Positions 47,275-59,166 are shown, numbered from the whole stretch's first letter. The stretch: DNA of 63,941 bases, filler included, from Craspedostauros australis (GCA_030167865.1; 10 parts of 10 records of this genome joined end to end with filler, not necessarily neighbours in it), one strand, 5' to 3'. The notes: generated by a model from the sequence alone, not told the origin. Program-made: numbers and translations.

Positions 47275-49876
47275 TAATACGTCCAGCATGAACCTCATCT
47301 GTTTTCCAAGGATGAGTACCGTGTCCGCACGGTTGTTGAACATGTCGTTCATTGCGACATGGCAGGATCTGGGCTTTGACTTGCTGCACATGATGTGAGT
47401 GGCCCTTGGCCAGTTGTGGTAGCCATCCAATTCGGATCGTTGTCCTCTCTTCTTCACCAGTTGAATCTTATGGATGTGAAGTTGAACTACGCATTGGTTC
47501 TTCACAACCTCATGCTCATTGATTCCTTCTGCCAAATCCTCCATATTCATGGTGCTGTGGCTGCCAAACAGCCAGCCTGCTGCCACAATGTTGTGTTCCT
47601 GAATGTCAGACTTCCTGAAAGCCATCGCAGCTGTTACTAGTGTTCCATCATCCTCAAAAGTGCCAAGGTCCTGTTTGTGGCCAACCCAAATGAATGTGTA
47701 GGTTATGAATCCTGTTCTTGCATAGAGACTCTCTACGAATTGCTTCAGCATCTCACAGCTGGTCCATGCAACATCCGTGGCCATCCAGGGTCATAGCTTT
47801 TTGCTTCTCCGCCATGCCAGGATTTTCGCCTTGGAGTCAGTGCGGAAAATGAATGCGCGTATCGCGTTCAATCCTGCGATGACTTGCACCAACAGAGTAT
47901 CACTGTCCTCCCTTGACATTGGCAGACACACATCAAAGAAGCTCTTGTGGATGTTGCTGAGGACATCATTGATGCTCACCAGTTCTCAAGCTTGTGGGTT
48001 CTTCCNNNNNNNNNNNNNNNNNNNNNTTTTTCTGGCTTGCACAACTTCTTTTTGGATGTGGGGTTTGGAGAGTTGGCCTGTGGAGCTTCTTCATCTTCAT
48101 TTTGTCGAGATGGATGCCCTTGACCTCCATGAATACCGTCCTTGCTGCAATCCATGCAGCTGTCACATGTGTGGATAGGATCTGTCCAATTTCCACATNN
48201 NNNNNNNNNNNNNNNNNNNNNNNNNNNNNNNNNNNNNNNNNNNNNNNNAGAGGAGAAGATGTTGGATGTTGCCAACAGTCGCACCATGATTTGCAACATC
48301 AGCAGGTTGGATTCTGTGGTTAGTTTGTTGTCATCCGCATTGCTGAACAGCTGCTTCCACTGTTTGAAGAATGCCCTGTCTGCCAGATCGTCCCTCATCT
48401 CCTTTACGAAGGCAATGGGCTCGTCCAGCGCGCCCTTTTCCCCAGATGCGTCTTGGAAAGGTTCCAAGCCCCATGTCATCAGGTTCCTCTTGCGGAGGTT
48501 GTCACCCCAACTTCTCTCGTGCTGATGACTCCAAGTCCAATGGTTCTTGTTTTCAGTGGGTTGTTTTTTGCGTCTTTTTGCCTGGAGAGTCGCTTGCCAC
48601 CTCAGCCTCTTTGTCCTGGACATCCTTGTGCCATGGTCGGCGTCGATCGAGCGCTCTGGTTGACTTTGCCAGAGCCGTTTTGTGCGCCTGTGCGCACCAT
48701 TGTCAAAGATTTTGTTCTAGTGCTGATTCTACAGGTTCTACGTGAGAATTTTCATACTGGTTCTACGTACGTCATCAACTGTGGAAGAGCCACAGGACAT
48801 TCTTTAGTATGCAAAATATCGCATTATTTCACACTAAGCTTAGTGTGTTAATACAAAGTCCTGCGCAACCTGCTTTGCTCCCATTGGACAGGGGATGCCA
48901 AGGTCATCTGCTGAGCTGTTGGCATGGTGCGGAAAGGGACTGGTGGCAGTGGTGTTGTTTTCCCTGTTGTTTTCGTGTTGTGATTCATGTGCTTGCAGAT
49001 TCACTGACACCAAAATACCAAGCCGAGAGGAGAGCAGATGAACAACAGCCAGCAGCCAGAGATGGCTGTTGGCGACAACGAGCAGAGAGGAGGTCCAAAG
49101 GAACAAACAGAGAATAGATCTGAAGTGAGGATGAGGCCGCAATAAAGAGTAGACATATGGAGGGAAGGCAGTGCGTGCTGATTGGGACATGGACAAAGCT
49201 CAGCATCATGGGCCGCGAACGACGCTAGAACCGAGAACAAGACAGTGTGAAAGTCAAGCTGGGGGTCAAGATCTGGATCACCCACTAGCCCACAACTCTG
49301 AATTTTGACAACTGATCCATGGCCCAGATGAATCAGCATCCTTGGCATGCCTACTGCTGCCACGCAATCCTCAACATTTCTTCGAAATCAACCGCCTCAC
49401 CAACGTGAAATGTGATTGTGTCGATGATGGGCACGACTGGAAAACAAAATCAAAGCACGACTGGCGTTTCCAAACCCAATTGCACGTCTACGTCCGTATT
49501 CCCAACGTGTCTAGTCATAGATTAATGCGAAAAATATAAACTTTTTAACTACAAGGATCAGGAGCTTGTTGCTTCACACATATACTCTCTACATCATTAT
49601 AGGATGAACGAAGTCCTCAAATTCAAAATCGGCACGATAATACCTTTGTATCCTGAATGGGGTCATACGAACAACACGAAAGAAACACGAAAGAAACACG
49701 AAGAAGGAATGTGTGCGATCGAACTCGATGATCTTGAGTCCATTGAGTCATTCGACAGAACCTGCCCTGTTTGTGCCAAGCTGTGCCGGATCGCAGGGTG
49801 TGCGTCCAACGGCGTGACTGTTGGCGCGAGCGACTTGGTCGTCATGACGGCTTTTCCATCACGCTCGTTTCCCCAG

Positions 49877-50525
49877 GGGCTTCCGGTAAAACGGACTATC
49901 GGACTAACGAACGGCATCACTATTTGGTTAACGGACGGCATTTGTCGTGAATGCGAAATTCTTAGTCCTGGTTTGAATGTCGTACTTGGATTTTATGGTT
50001 TTATCAGTCCGTGATTGAATTGTCTCTAGCCTAAAGCGAAAAAATACACCCTAAAATAAGGCACCTTTTGAAAAGATGCCCTATTTAAGGCACGTATTGT
50101 TTCACAATAGCCCAGCCAAGATGGGCACATTCCACAAAAACATCAACGGGGAACAATGTGGACGTCTCTGAATGACGAATCAGAACACTAATACTTATCG
50201 TCATCTTGGTGTGACATGACTTTGATAATGCTCTGTCGTCGCGTTGTTGCACAAGATTTGCTTTTGCTCTTTCTGTCGTCCAATCGGCTGCGAACACCGA
50301 CGTGTGGATGAGGGAGAAAAGACTCCCTATCTAAAGCACGTTTTGAAAAGGTGCCCTAAATAAGGCACCTTTTGACATCACTCGGATACGAGTCGCGAGT
50401 GGCGACAACAATGTCGGAAGGACATGGCAACCAAGACTAATTAAATCACACTCACGACTATCATTGTTCGTCAGTCCGTTAACAACACGTCCGAGCCACC
50501 ATGTCCGTTAGTTTACCGGAAGCCC
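49877..50525. mobile_element. 649-bp non-autonomous TIR element (PHIS superfamily, NuwaI-like)
   Basis: 14-bp perfect TIR GGGCTTCCGGTAAA / TTTACCGGAAGCCC, flanks CAG and CAC; internal repeated AAGGCACCTTTTGA(AAAGGTGCCC) motifs. Confidence 0.7.
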
Positions 50526-50599
50526 CACTCACACACTTCCCACAGAACACCACACAAACACCATGATCTCAGACTACCACAATAGCAACACCCGTCCTG

Positions 50600-51560
50600 G
50601 GGCTTCCGCTAAACTGCCGGACATGCTGGTTCGAGTTCAATTTAACGGGCGTACAAACAATATTAGTCGTGAATGAGATTTTATTAGTCTTGGTTGCCAT
50701 GTCCTTCAGACATTAGAGAATTCTCGCAGCCCGATTTCGGAGTCCCACGGAGGAATCATAACCAGATAGAGACATTTCTTGTGGGGTCGCCCCGAAAACC
50801 ATAATCGGAATCTGGTTTCAAATGGGCTCTTGAAACCAGGATAATCATTTCTTCCCGATTTCGTTGTGTCCCGCGAAAAGGTCTTCCACGTGTAGCAATT
50901 TCAGAACTGACCAATCATAAATTTCTTTCGTTGTAGACTGCGCTCTTCTGTCCAGATGTAGACTGCTAACGCATGTCAATTAGGCTGGTTGCTGCGTTGA
51001 TGAACGCAAGTCTGGCGCGTTTGCAAGCAAGTTGCTCGTAAACGTTATTTCAAGTCTTCTTGCTCATGCTGGAGATGGTCAAGAGCGGAGAGAGTGTTTG
51101 GGTTTGTGACGAGAACTTTCGAACTTCTCACCGGACGAGGACACCTTGGCAGAGAATGATAAGCCTCTAAGAACGAAGATGCAATAGCAACGAAGCATGG
51201 AATTCAACAACAGAGAGTGATAGCCACATAAATGAAACGATAAATTCATTGAAGATTGTTCAACAGTGGCAAACGCAACGGAGGGTAGTAGACTCAACAT
51301 GATCGAGGGATAGACTTATGGGTACTTAATCTGTGCCGTGGGGGCGCTATTCAGGTACCTTTTTGTTCACGAAACGCTCCGAATTTGACTCCTCCGAACA
51401 TTTTTTTGCGATTTCGGAGCAAACCAAACCGGTGTCACATCTCTGTCTTCGTGGGTGCTTGAAATCGGGAAGTGGCTGCTTGCGAGAATTCTCTATTGTC
51501 GTCGCCACTTGCGACTCGTATCAGTGTGATGTCAAAAAAATGCCCTATTGCCTATCCGCT
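50600..51560. mobile_element. Inverted partial second copy of the GGGCTTCC-TIR element, interrupted by the 50715-51494 insertion
   Basis: Preceded by CTG; 50600-50714 is the reverse complement of 50410-50525, and 51495-51540 is the reverse complement of 50370-50412. Confidence 0.75.
50715..51494. mobile_element. 780-bp non-autonomous DNA transposon with 14-bp TIR and ATT target-site duplication (PHIS, Pangu-like)
   Basis: ATT|AGAGAATTCTCGCA...TGCGAGAATTCTCT|ATT; the homologous empty site near 50410 has a single copy of the triplet. Confidence 0.85.
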
Positions 51561-51742
51561 TTTTTGCCGAAAAGGGGCGCAAAGGGGCTACAATGGGCCA
51601 CATGGGGCTACAAGTTTCCCGGATAAAAACAACCAACCCTTATCACCAACAACAATGTGTATATAATGGTATCAATTGAAAGCCAAGAGTGAGATCTANN
51701 NNNNNNNNNNNNNNNNNNNNNNNNNNNNNNNNNNNNNNNNNN

Positions 51743-51754
51743 TTAATTAATTAA
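51743..51754. other. Artificial scaffold linker
   Basis: TTAATTAATTAA in N run. Confidence 0.97.
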
Positions 51755-51798
51755 NNNNNNNNNNNNNNNNNNNNNNNNNNNNNNNNNNNNNNNNNNNN

Positions 51799-54700
51799 GA
51801 TCGCAGCCAAAGAGCCATCTTGCCGGCATCACTGGCTGCAACAAATTCCGCCTCTGTGCTACTCATGGAGACCGTGGGTTGAACCCTGGTCTTCCATGCG
51901 ATGGCACCACCTGCAAACATCATGATGATGCCTGACACGGACCGTCGGTGACGTATATCAACACCCCAATCGGCGTCGACGTACCCATAAAGCGTAGAAG
52001 CTTCCAGCCGGCGCGTGGTATCGACATCGTGCGTAGAATCGCCAGGAGGTGACAGTTTGGCTGGGGCCGGCACATCGGGAAGATCCTTGAGTGATGCTGG
52101 ACGCCAGTAGGTAATGCCATAGTCCCTGGTGCTTGCGACATACCGCATGAGGAACTTGACAGCTTCGAAGTGAGCCTCGCCTGGATTGTTGGAGAATTGA
52201 GAGAGTTTGACAACGGGAAAAGAAATGTCAGGACGGCACGAGATCATAGCCCATATGAGCTCTCCGATGGCTTGGCGGTACCCAAACTTGAACCTTGTGG
52301 CTAGAGCGGCTCGATCCTTGTCATCTGTTGGTACGTCAGCATTGTCCAAAGTCTTGACATACGAGTTGTCCGATAGCATAGGCAATCTGTGGGTGTGCCG
52401 CATGTTCTGCCACTGGTTGCGCTCCAGCATTTTGTCCACGTAGGATGTGCAATGGATGCGCACGAACCGTCGAGCTTGATCAACATCGAGTCCATTATAG
52501 TGTACCATAAGTCCCTGTCGAGTGATGGGCTGGAAAAGGTTCTTGTCGAGCATGTCGCAGAATGTATCGAAGACACTCTGTGATGGANNNNNNNNNNNNN
52601 NNNNNNNNNNNNNNNNNNNNNNNNNNNNNNNNNNNNNGATCGCAGCCAAAGAGCCATCTTGCCGGCATCACTGGCTGCAACAAATTCCGCCTCTGTGCTA
52701 CTCATGGAGACCGTGGGTTGAACCCTGGTCTTCCATGCGATGGCACCACCTGCAAACATCATGATGATGCCTGACACGGACCGTCGGTGACGTATATCAA
52801 CACCCCAATCGGCGTCGACGTACCCATAAAGCGTAGAAGCTTCCAGCCGGCGCGTGGTATCGACATCGTGCGTAGAATCGCCAGGAGGTGACAGTTTGGC
52901 TGGGGCCGGCACATCGGGAAGATCCTTGAGTGATGCTGGACGCCAGTAGGTAATGCCATAGTCCCTGGTGCTTGCGACATACCGCATGAGGAACTTGACA
53001 GCTTCGAAGTGAGCCTCGCCTGGATTGTTGGAGAATTGAGAGAGTTTGACAACGGGAAAAGAAATGTCAGGACGGCACGAGATCATAGCCCATATGAGCT
53101 CTCCGATGGCTTGGCGGTACCCAAACTTGAACCTTGTGGCTAGAGCGGCTCGATCCTTGTCATCTGTTGGTACGTCAGCATTGTCCAAAGTCTTGACATA
53201 CGAGTTGTCCGATAGCATAGGCAATCTGTGGGTGTGCCGCATGTTCTGCCACTGGTTGCGTTCCAGCATTTTGTCCACGTAGGATGTGCAATGGATGCGC
53301 ACGAACCGTCGAGCTTGATCAACATCGAGTCCATTATAGTGCACCATAAGTCCCTGTCGAGTGATGGGCTGGAAAAGGTTCTTGTCGAGCATGTCGCAGA
53401 ATGTATCGAAGACACTCTGTGATGGAGCAGCGACCGCAAAATCATCCACTTGACGCAGGACGTAGATCTTGTTGTGGCCAATGGCCCCAGTGTACAAACA
53501 AGGAGCATGGGTCGTCGAAGTGAACCCGATTTGTTGGAGTATGCCGGTGATGTGCTTGCTCCAGAGGCGAGGCGCTTCAGGGTGACCTTGAAGGTTCTTG
53601 TTGACCGGGATGACATGGCCGCGAGGGATAGTGGTGCCATGTTTATGTTTCCACCATGCTTGGTACGGTTCATCCACCTTCATGAAGTATCGTTGTTCGC
53701 CAGCTGGGGCTTCCGCAAAAGCGTTCGTGACATCCGAGCTGTACACCTTGAGCTGTTGTACTGCAGCTATGCCAAGGAGAATCCTGAACTCCGTCAAATC
53801 CGGCGTAGCCGCATAGGTGTGTCCAAACACTCGAGCATGTCCTCCTCTGGTAGAGCCATCGCAAACGGCACGTGCCTTCTTCCGATTATTCTCATGCGTC
53901 TTGACCACATAGACCCATACCCAATTGAAGACGGCGGCATCCGCAGGAGCTGGAATAGGATCACCAAACATTTGTTGTGCGTCGTATTGGTCCAGCTGCT
54001 TGAATTCTGCGGCCTGCCACTGCTCCCAGTCATCTTGCTGNNNNNNNNNNNNNNNNNNNNNNNNNNNNNNNNNNNNNNNNNNNNNNNNNNNNNNNNNNNN
54101 NNNNNNNNNNNNNNNNNNNNNNNNNNNNNNNNNNNNNNNNNNNNNNNNNNNNNNNNNNNNNNNNNAACACAAACTCCGCGGTGGTAACACGCTGATCACG
54201 CAGGGTCTGAATGGCCTGTCGTGCGTCCATGGCTGTATGCACTTGTTGGCCTTGAATTGACATGAGGTGTGCCTTGCGCAGCCTGGACCGCCATCGCGTG
54301 ATACGCGCAGCTGGTTGACCTGATTTGCACTGCTGAAGCTGGAGTCGATGCCGTTGCTCGTCGTACCGAAACTCAAACCCAAGGAAGCCGTCCGTACCAC
54401 GCACGTCCACGCTCTGGCTGAAGGGATACCCAAACGGCTCGTCGGCCGTGTCAACATGCACGATATCGACTTGACCAGTCTCTGTGCACCTTGCAGCAGA
54501 AGCATGGACACGCGAATAATCGAGAACGTCACCCAACGGAAGGGGTACTGCACACGCTGTCGCCGGAATCTTGGCATGCCTGGTGACGACGGTGGGGTAC
54601 ACGGGCTTAGCAAGGATCTTGTGGTGCGTCGGCTCCACAGCAGGCGTGGGAAGTCCCAGATCATACAGCAACGCTGGCCCTGGAGGTCGGTTGGAAGACA

Positions 54701-56306
54701 TGTAGTGCGCCTCATCAAAGACAATGTTGCCAGCCCGCTTGAACCTTCCAGTGTTGAGGTCGTAGTACTCATGTACGGACGTCGTAGCCGTGTGACCAAC
54801 GAAGATGCCATCGTACGTATGAACGTCAAGCTTCGCGGCTGCCTTGCCGGGCTTCTTCACAGTGACTCGTGCACCGAATACACGGAGATGGCTGAGGTCT
54901 GGTGCGACACCATGCTGAGCCTCATACGGCGTTCTGCCAAGTGTGGAATGATGAAGTCGATTCTTGAGGTACACCGCATGAGTCAACGCCTTGGACCAGA
55001 AGTCAGGTGTGAGTCCGGACGAGTAGAGCAACGCTCTCACCATGGTGCCGAAGGTCTTGTTCAACCTTTCCACCTTCCCATTCATCCATGCACAATCCGC
55101 TCCAGTAGGCTCAACGTTGTAGCCACACTCCTGGACCATGGTACCAAACTGACTGGACCTGGCCAGTTCACCGCCCAAGTCGACACGAACCGCACGATAG
55201 CCTTCGCGGCGCCCAAAAGTAGTCAGGGTTTGCCGTACAGCCATGACGGGCGGTGATTTGTCCTTGGTAAGAAACACCCACACATAGCACGTACATGCAT
55301 CGACCACGAGAAGGTATGCGCAAAACCCATCGACTGATTGGATGACTCGTTGAGCGCCTTGTGACTTCTTGCGCTGGCCGTACGCATCGTCAGTGGCTCT
55401 CATGAACCCAAAGTCGACGTGGAATCGAGCGCCAGCAACATTGGCTGTGGCCGTGTCATTGGGGCCGCGTGTGGCATGCTGATATCCTGCCTTGCTGCAC
55501 GTGTCACAGTGTCGAAGCGGATGAATGTGCTTTGTAACAGATGCCGGGATACCAGTGGAGCATTTGGAAAGCTTCTGCAGTTGCGCCATGCCCACATGCC
55601 CAAGCCGTAGATGCCAAAGTTCCGACAGGAGCGTAGGCGATGCCTGTCTCAAGGTCATGGCGTGTGGACGAACGCCTCCGAAGAAGTACAGACCGTTGCG
55701 AATGTACAGCGGTACTCGAAGATTGCCATCCGGAGACTTGAAGACGATGTGAGCACTGTGCTGGGTGGATTCGATGCCAAAGCTGGTGTACGGGTTGTCA
55801 CATTGCTTGATGATGGACTGTGGCGACACAAGCGTGTCTGCCAGCCGTGGGCACAGAAGAGTGTGCACCGAAAGATGCGCGCCGTCGCCACATGATAGCC
55901 GCATGTACCCTTCTCCCGGGCACTCCATAGCAGGCGAAGATGAGTCCGCTGCTGCAAGGCTGGAAGGAGTAGTAAATGCGGTGTAGTCACAGAGGAGACG
56001 CGCATGCGGAGTCGCGCAAACATTGGCACCGAGATCACACTGACCATGGATTCGGTGGCGCCATTCGTCGTCGCGAGACCCTGCAAGTGCATTTGCACGG
56101 AGCGGGACTGTCGTTGACGTCATGAAACGATCCGGTCCCGTGATTTGCACTTGGGTTGAGGCAGTTTGTAGCGGAGACGCAACGCTGGTGGGCGTGCCTT
56201 TTTGCATCCCGCATGGGCGAGTAACGGGTAGTAGCCGTTCACCGGAGAGTCGCTCTACTTCCGGCCGGCGAGAATAAAATCCTGGAACAGGATCTGCGCC
56301 GTGCGC
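51799..56306 (-). mobile_element. Ty1/copia (CoDi-like) pol: protease, integrase, PDZ-like segment, RT, start of RNase H
   Basis: Protease CDLGAN; LWHLRLGH...CDTC; FHVDFGF, VRVDLGGEL, NGKVERLNKT; RT KARAVCDG, DVTNAF, KNLQGHPEAPRLW, RQVDD, YRQAIGEL, RPDI; RNase H YVDADW, SSTEAEF. The frame change falls in an N gap; 51799-52586 duplicates 52638-53425. Confidence 0.93.
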
Positions 56307-56350
56307 NNNNNNNNNNNNNNNNNNNNNNNNNNNNNNNNNNNNNNNNNNNN

Positions 56351-56362
56351 TTAATTAATTAA
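56351..56362. other. Artificial scaffold linker
   Basis: TTAATTAATTAA in N run. Confidence 0.97.
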
Positions 56363-56407
56363 NNNNNNNNNNNNNNNNNNNNNNNNNNNNNNNNNNNNNN
56401 NNNNNNA

Positions 56408-57643
56408 GTCAGTCCAGGGTCCTCGGTGCGCTTCAATGCATGTTGCTCAAAGCAATTGCTTCTGCTGCCATCTTCCCCAACTGGAGAGCAACACCACACT
56501 GTTTTATTCGCTGCTGCAAAAGGGCATCCATGGCAGACATACTTGACACTCTTCTTGCATCTGCAGCACATGCCTCTTTTCTTCCTCCGTCCCATCACTG
56601 TCTGCCCCTTGGAGTTTGTGTACGAGTTGGGGATGGAGTCTTCGGTGACTCGAATGCAATGATTGCATATTTGGAACTCTGTGTTCCTTTCTTTTGGCTT
56701 TGTTGGTGATGGAGCGATCTCTGCACATCTGACTGACTTGTTGCTGGCTGTATCACTTGATGCTGCACTGATGCCAACAACAAGTGTTTGGTCACATCTT
56801 GCTACGCGGTCTTCCTTGTTTTGTATCATGTCTTCTGCAAGTAGATTGACAAAATCATAAAGAGGCACCTGCTTGTACCTGTGGTTTCCCGCCAAGTGAT
56901 GTCTGTACGCCAGCCATGCATCCACCACAGTTATCCCAAACAATGTCGTCACGAGGCGAAAGTAGCCATTGTGGGTCCTCCACACCCTCTCAAGACCGAG
57001 GGTGTCTTGGCGTGCTTGATTGTGGCTATCCACTTTGCCACAGTCGCGGAAGTATTTCGATGCAACTTGTGGTCTTGGAACTTCCCTGGACTCGGCAGTA
57101 TCTTCATCTGAGATCCACCGGGCGATGTATGGGTTGCCTGGGTTTGCATGACCTGCCCCTTCTGAAAACACGAACAAGATCACTTTCTTCTTGCAATACT
57201 TGTACCCCATTGCATAGTATGCAGTTCTTGTTTCGTTGCTACCATCGCTGCTGTCTTCGTCATCGCCTTTGCACCGAAGGAGCAGCTGCGATCCAGATGG
57301 CCAATTCTCCATTGATTTCTCAAGAAAGGCTTTTGGGAAACTGGCATGGTTGTTCTTGACAATGCCAATGAAATCAGAATCTGCTTGAGTGGTCAAGGCA
57401 TGAACTGTCCAATAGGAACCGAACCAGGCATCGCCAAGGAAAATGCTCTTTGGAAGGTGTGGTGGATGGTAGTGAAGGTTCTGCTCTCCCATTCTGCTGG
57501 TGGCCATTGCCATGCAAAGGGTGCAGGCAACATGTGCTTGCTTCACAGTATCAAGATACTTTGCGTTCTCCATTCCCTTCTTGCCTCTCTGTATCTCCAG
57601 ATGCAGCATGATGCCAGTTGCACCATCAGCCACCGACTTGAAC
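56408..57643 (-). CDS. piggyBac-like (PGBD / DDE_Tnp_1_7) transposase, C-terminal part with Cys-rich domain; 5' part interrupted
   Basis: FKSVADGATGIMLHLEIQRGK, IFLGDAWFGS, FIGIVKNNH, YFRDCGKVDSHNQARQ, VVDAWLAY, and C-terminal CCRC...VCHGC...WCC...CFEQH. Confidence 0.85.
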
Positions 57644-57976
57644 TGATAAAACGATAATGAAAACGAGGTGAACTTACTGAACGCCGAAGGGTGATCAATC
57701 CGTGGTAGTGCAGTAGGCGAACGAGTTTGATTTCAAGAGTGTGTCTTAGTCTTTAGAGCTGTACGAATCCAAATGAGACTTTCAATTGGATTGTGAGCAT
57801 GTGATGTGCAGCATCCATTATAGTTGGATCTGCAACATCTCTATTAGTAGTAGTATAGTGGAGCGTTGAGTCTCCGTACGTGCAATCATCGCGGTGTCGA
57901 TGTTGCCATTTCCAAGAGGAGACATCAATTTCGTGACGGTCGGAGAGAGAGTTTGTTGTTCACTCTCTTCCGATCA
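57644..57976 (+). mobile_element. Putative 333-bp LTR inserted in the piggyBac-like ORF
   Basis: TGAT...ATCA inverted ends; begins exactly where transposase similarity stops; followed by ATTTGGGGGAAC (possible PBS). Confidence 0.45.
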
Positions 57977-58233
57977 ATTTGGGGGAACAAGGTTCACCCA
58001 ACGGTTTGACCCGATTGTCCGTTCTGGACAGGTCATGTCACGCCCATAAGTGGCGTGGGATGGCACGATCGCCCAAACCCAAATTCAGCGGACACGCGAC
58101 ATCGCTCTTAAGTAGAGCACGATTCGAGGGTGGGACCCCATCCCACCGACATCGAGTCACGCTTCAATCCCGCTCAAACTCTGAGCAGTNNNNNNNNNNN
58201 NNNNNNNNNNNNNNNNNNNNNNNNNNNNNNNNN

Positions 58234-58245
58234 TTAATTAATTAA
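58234..58245. other. Artificial scaffold linker
   Basis: TTAATTAATTAA in N run. Confidence 0.97.
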
Positions 58246-58289
58246 NNNNNNNNNNNNNNNNNNNNNNNNNNNNNNNNNNNNNNNNNNNN

Positions 58290-59166
58290 ACAGATCGGCT
58301 CATTCGATCAGATCACGATCTCTCATCCGTTGCGGGAACGCCTTGGTTGGGAGCTCGCTCAGCTCCTTGATCAGACATCTCCGATCATCTCCGATCATCT
58401 CCGATCAACTCTGGTCGACTCCGATCGTTTCTGATTGTTTCTGATTGTTTCTTCGCCGATCACTTCACCGGCTTCCTGGATGTTCCTCATACCAGGTTCG
58501 TTCACAGGCCGTCTCACACTTCGTGATGTNNNNNNNNNNNNNNNNNNNNNNNNNNNNNNNNNNNNNNNNNNNNNNNNNNNNNNNNNNNNNNNNNNNNNNN
58601 NNNNNNNNNNNNNNNNNNNNNNNNNNNNNNNNNNNNNNNNNNNNNNNNNATTCCTGCATTGGAGTCATGAACGTCAGGCATGGTTCGCATTCGGCACGTG
58701 GCGTTCTCCACCGCGAGTTACGTGCAGCTCACATTTTTCTGTGTCACAATGATCAAGCGTGGGAGTTGCGGTAATGTAGAATATCCCGACGTTCGGCTCC
58801 TTACTCTTGGGAGGTGCGGCAATATGGTGTTTCAGAACACCNNNNNNNNNNNNNNNNNNNNNNNNNNNNNNNNNNNNNNNNNNNNNNNNNNGACGTGGGG
58901 GCCGTAGTCGCTCGTATCGTGATGTTGGTCACGATTCCAACATCCCCGCCCCCTGCGACATACACGTGTGATTGGTATTCCTGCATTGGAGTCATGAACG
59001 TCAGGCATGGTTCGCATTCGGCACGTGGCGTTCTCCACCGCGAGTTACGTGCAGCTCACATTTTTCTGTGTCACAATGATCAAGCGTGGGAGTTGCGGTA
59101 ATGTAGAATATCCCGACGTTCGGCTCCTTACTCTTGGGAGGTGCGGCAATATGGTGTTTCAGAACA
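58290..59166. mobile_element. LTR-like non-coding segment upstream of the truncated copia pol
   Basis: 10-bp tandem CTCCGATCAT units (about 58378-58408); on the minus strand a purine tract AGGGGGCGGGGA directly precedes TGTTGG at 58942; a CA end at 59166; 58650-58841 is duplicated at 58977-59168. Confidence 0.4.

Larger units (their letters stand above)
41854..48780 (-). pseudogene. Degenerate Ambal-like LINE (ORF1 about 48630-46070; ORF2 APE and RT about 45820-41854), many stops and frameshifts
   Basis: APE: IRIVFQNA, FMAETN, VAAYR, VLGVDLN, PIDTIYV, LDHQAVWMDI. RT: FQLGSRK, SNDAKLCSNRI, GIGQDNGAGPAIW, LVDDTDL. ORF1 fragments resemble ORF1 at 7611-10619. 5' end is approximate. Confidence 0.88.

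Noticed and set aside
51799..53425. Duplicated RT/RNase H block
   Set aside because: Near-identical 0.8-kb copies flanking an N gap; assembly or haplotype artefact.
54030..54829. Apparent programmed frameshift between integrase and RT ORFs
   Set aside because: The frame change falls in an N gap of estimated length.
57820..57836. 17-nt match TGTGATGTGCAGCATCC with 1602-1618
   Set aside because: No flanking similarity; one match of this length is compatible with chance in a 64-kb self-comparison.
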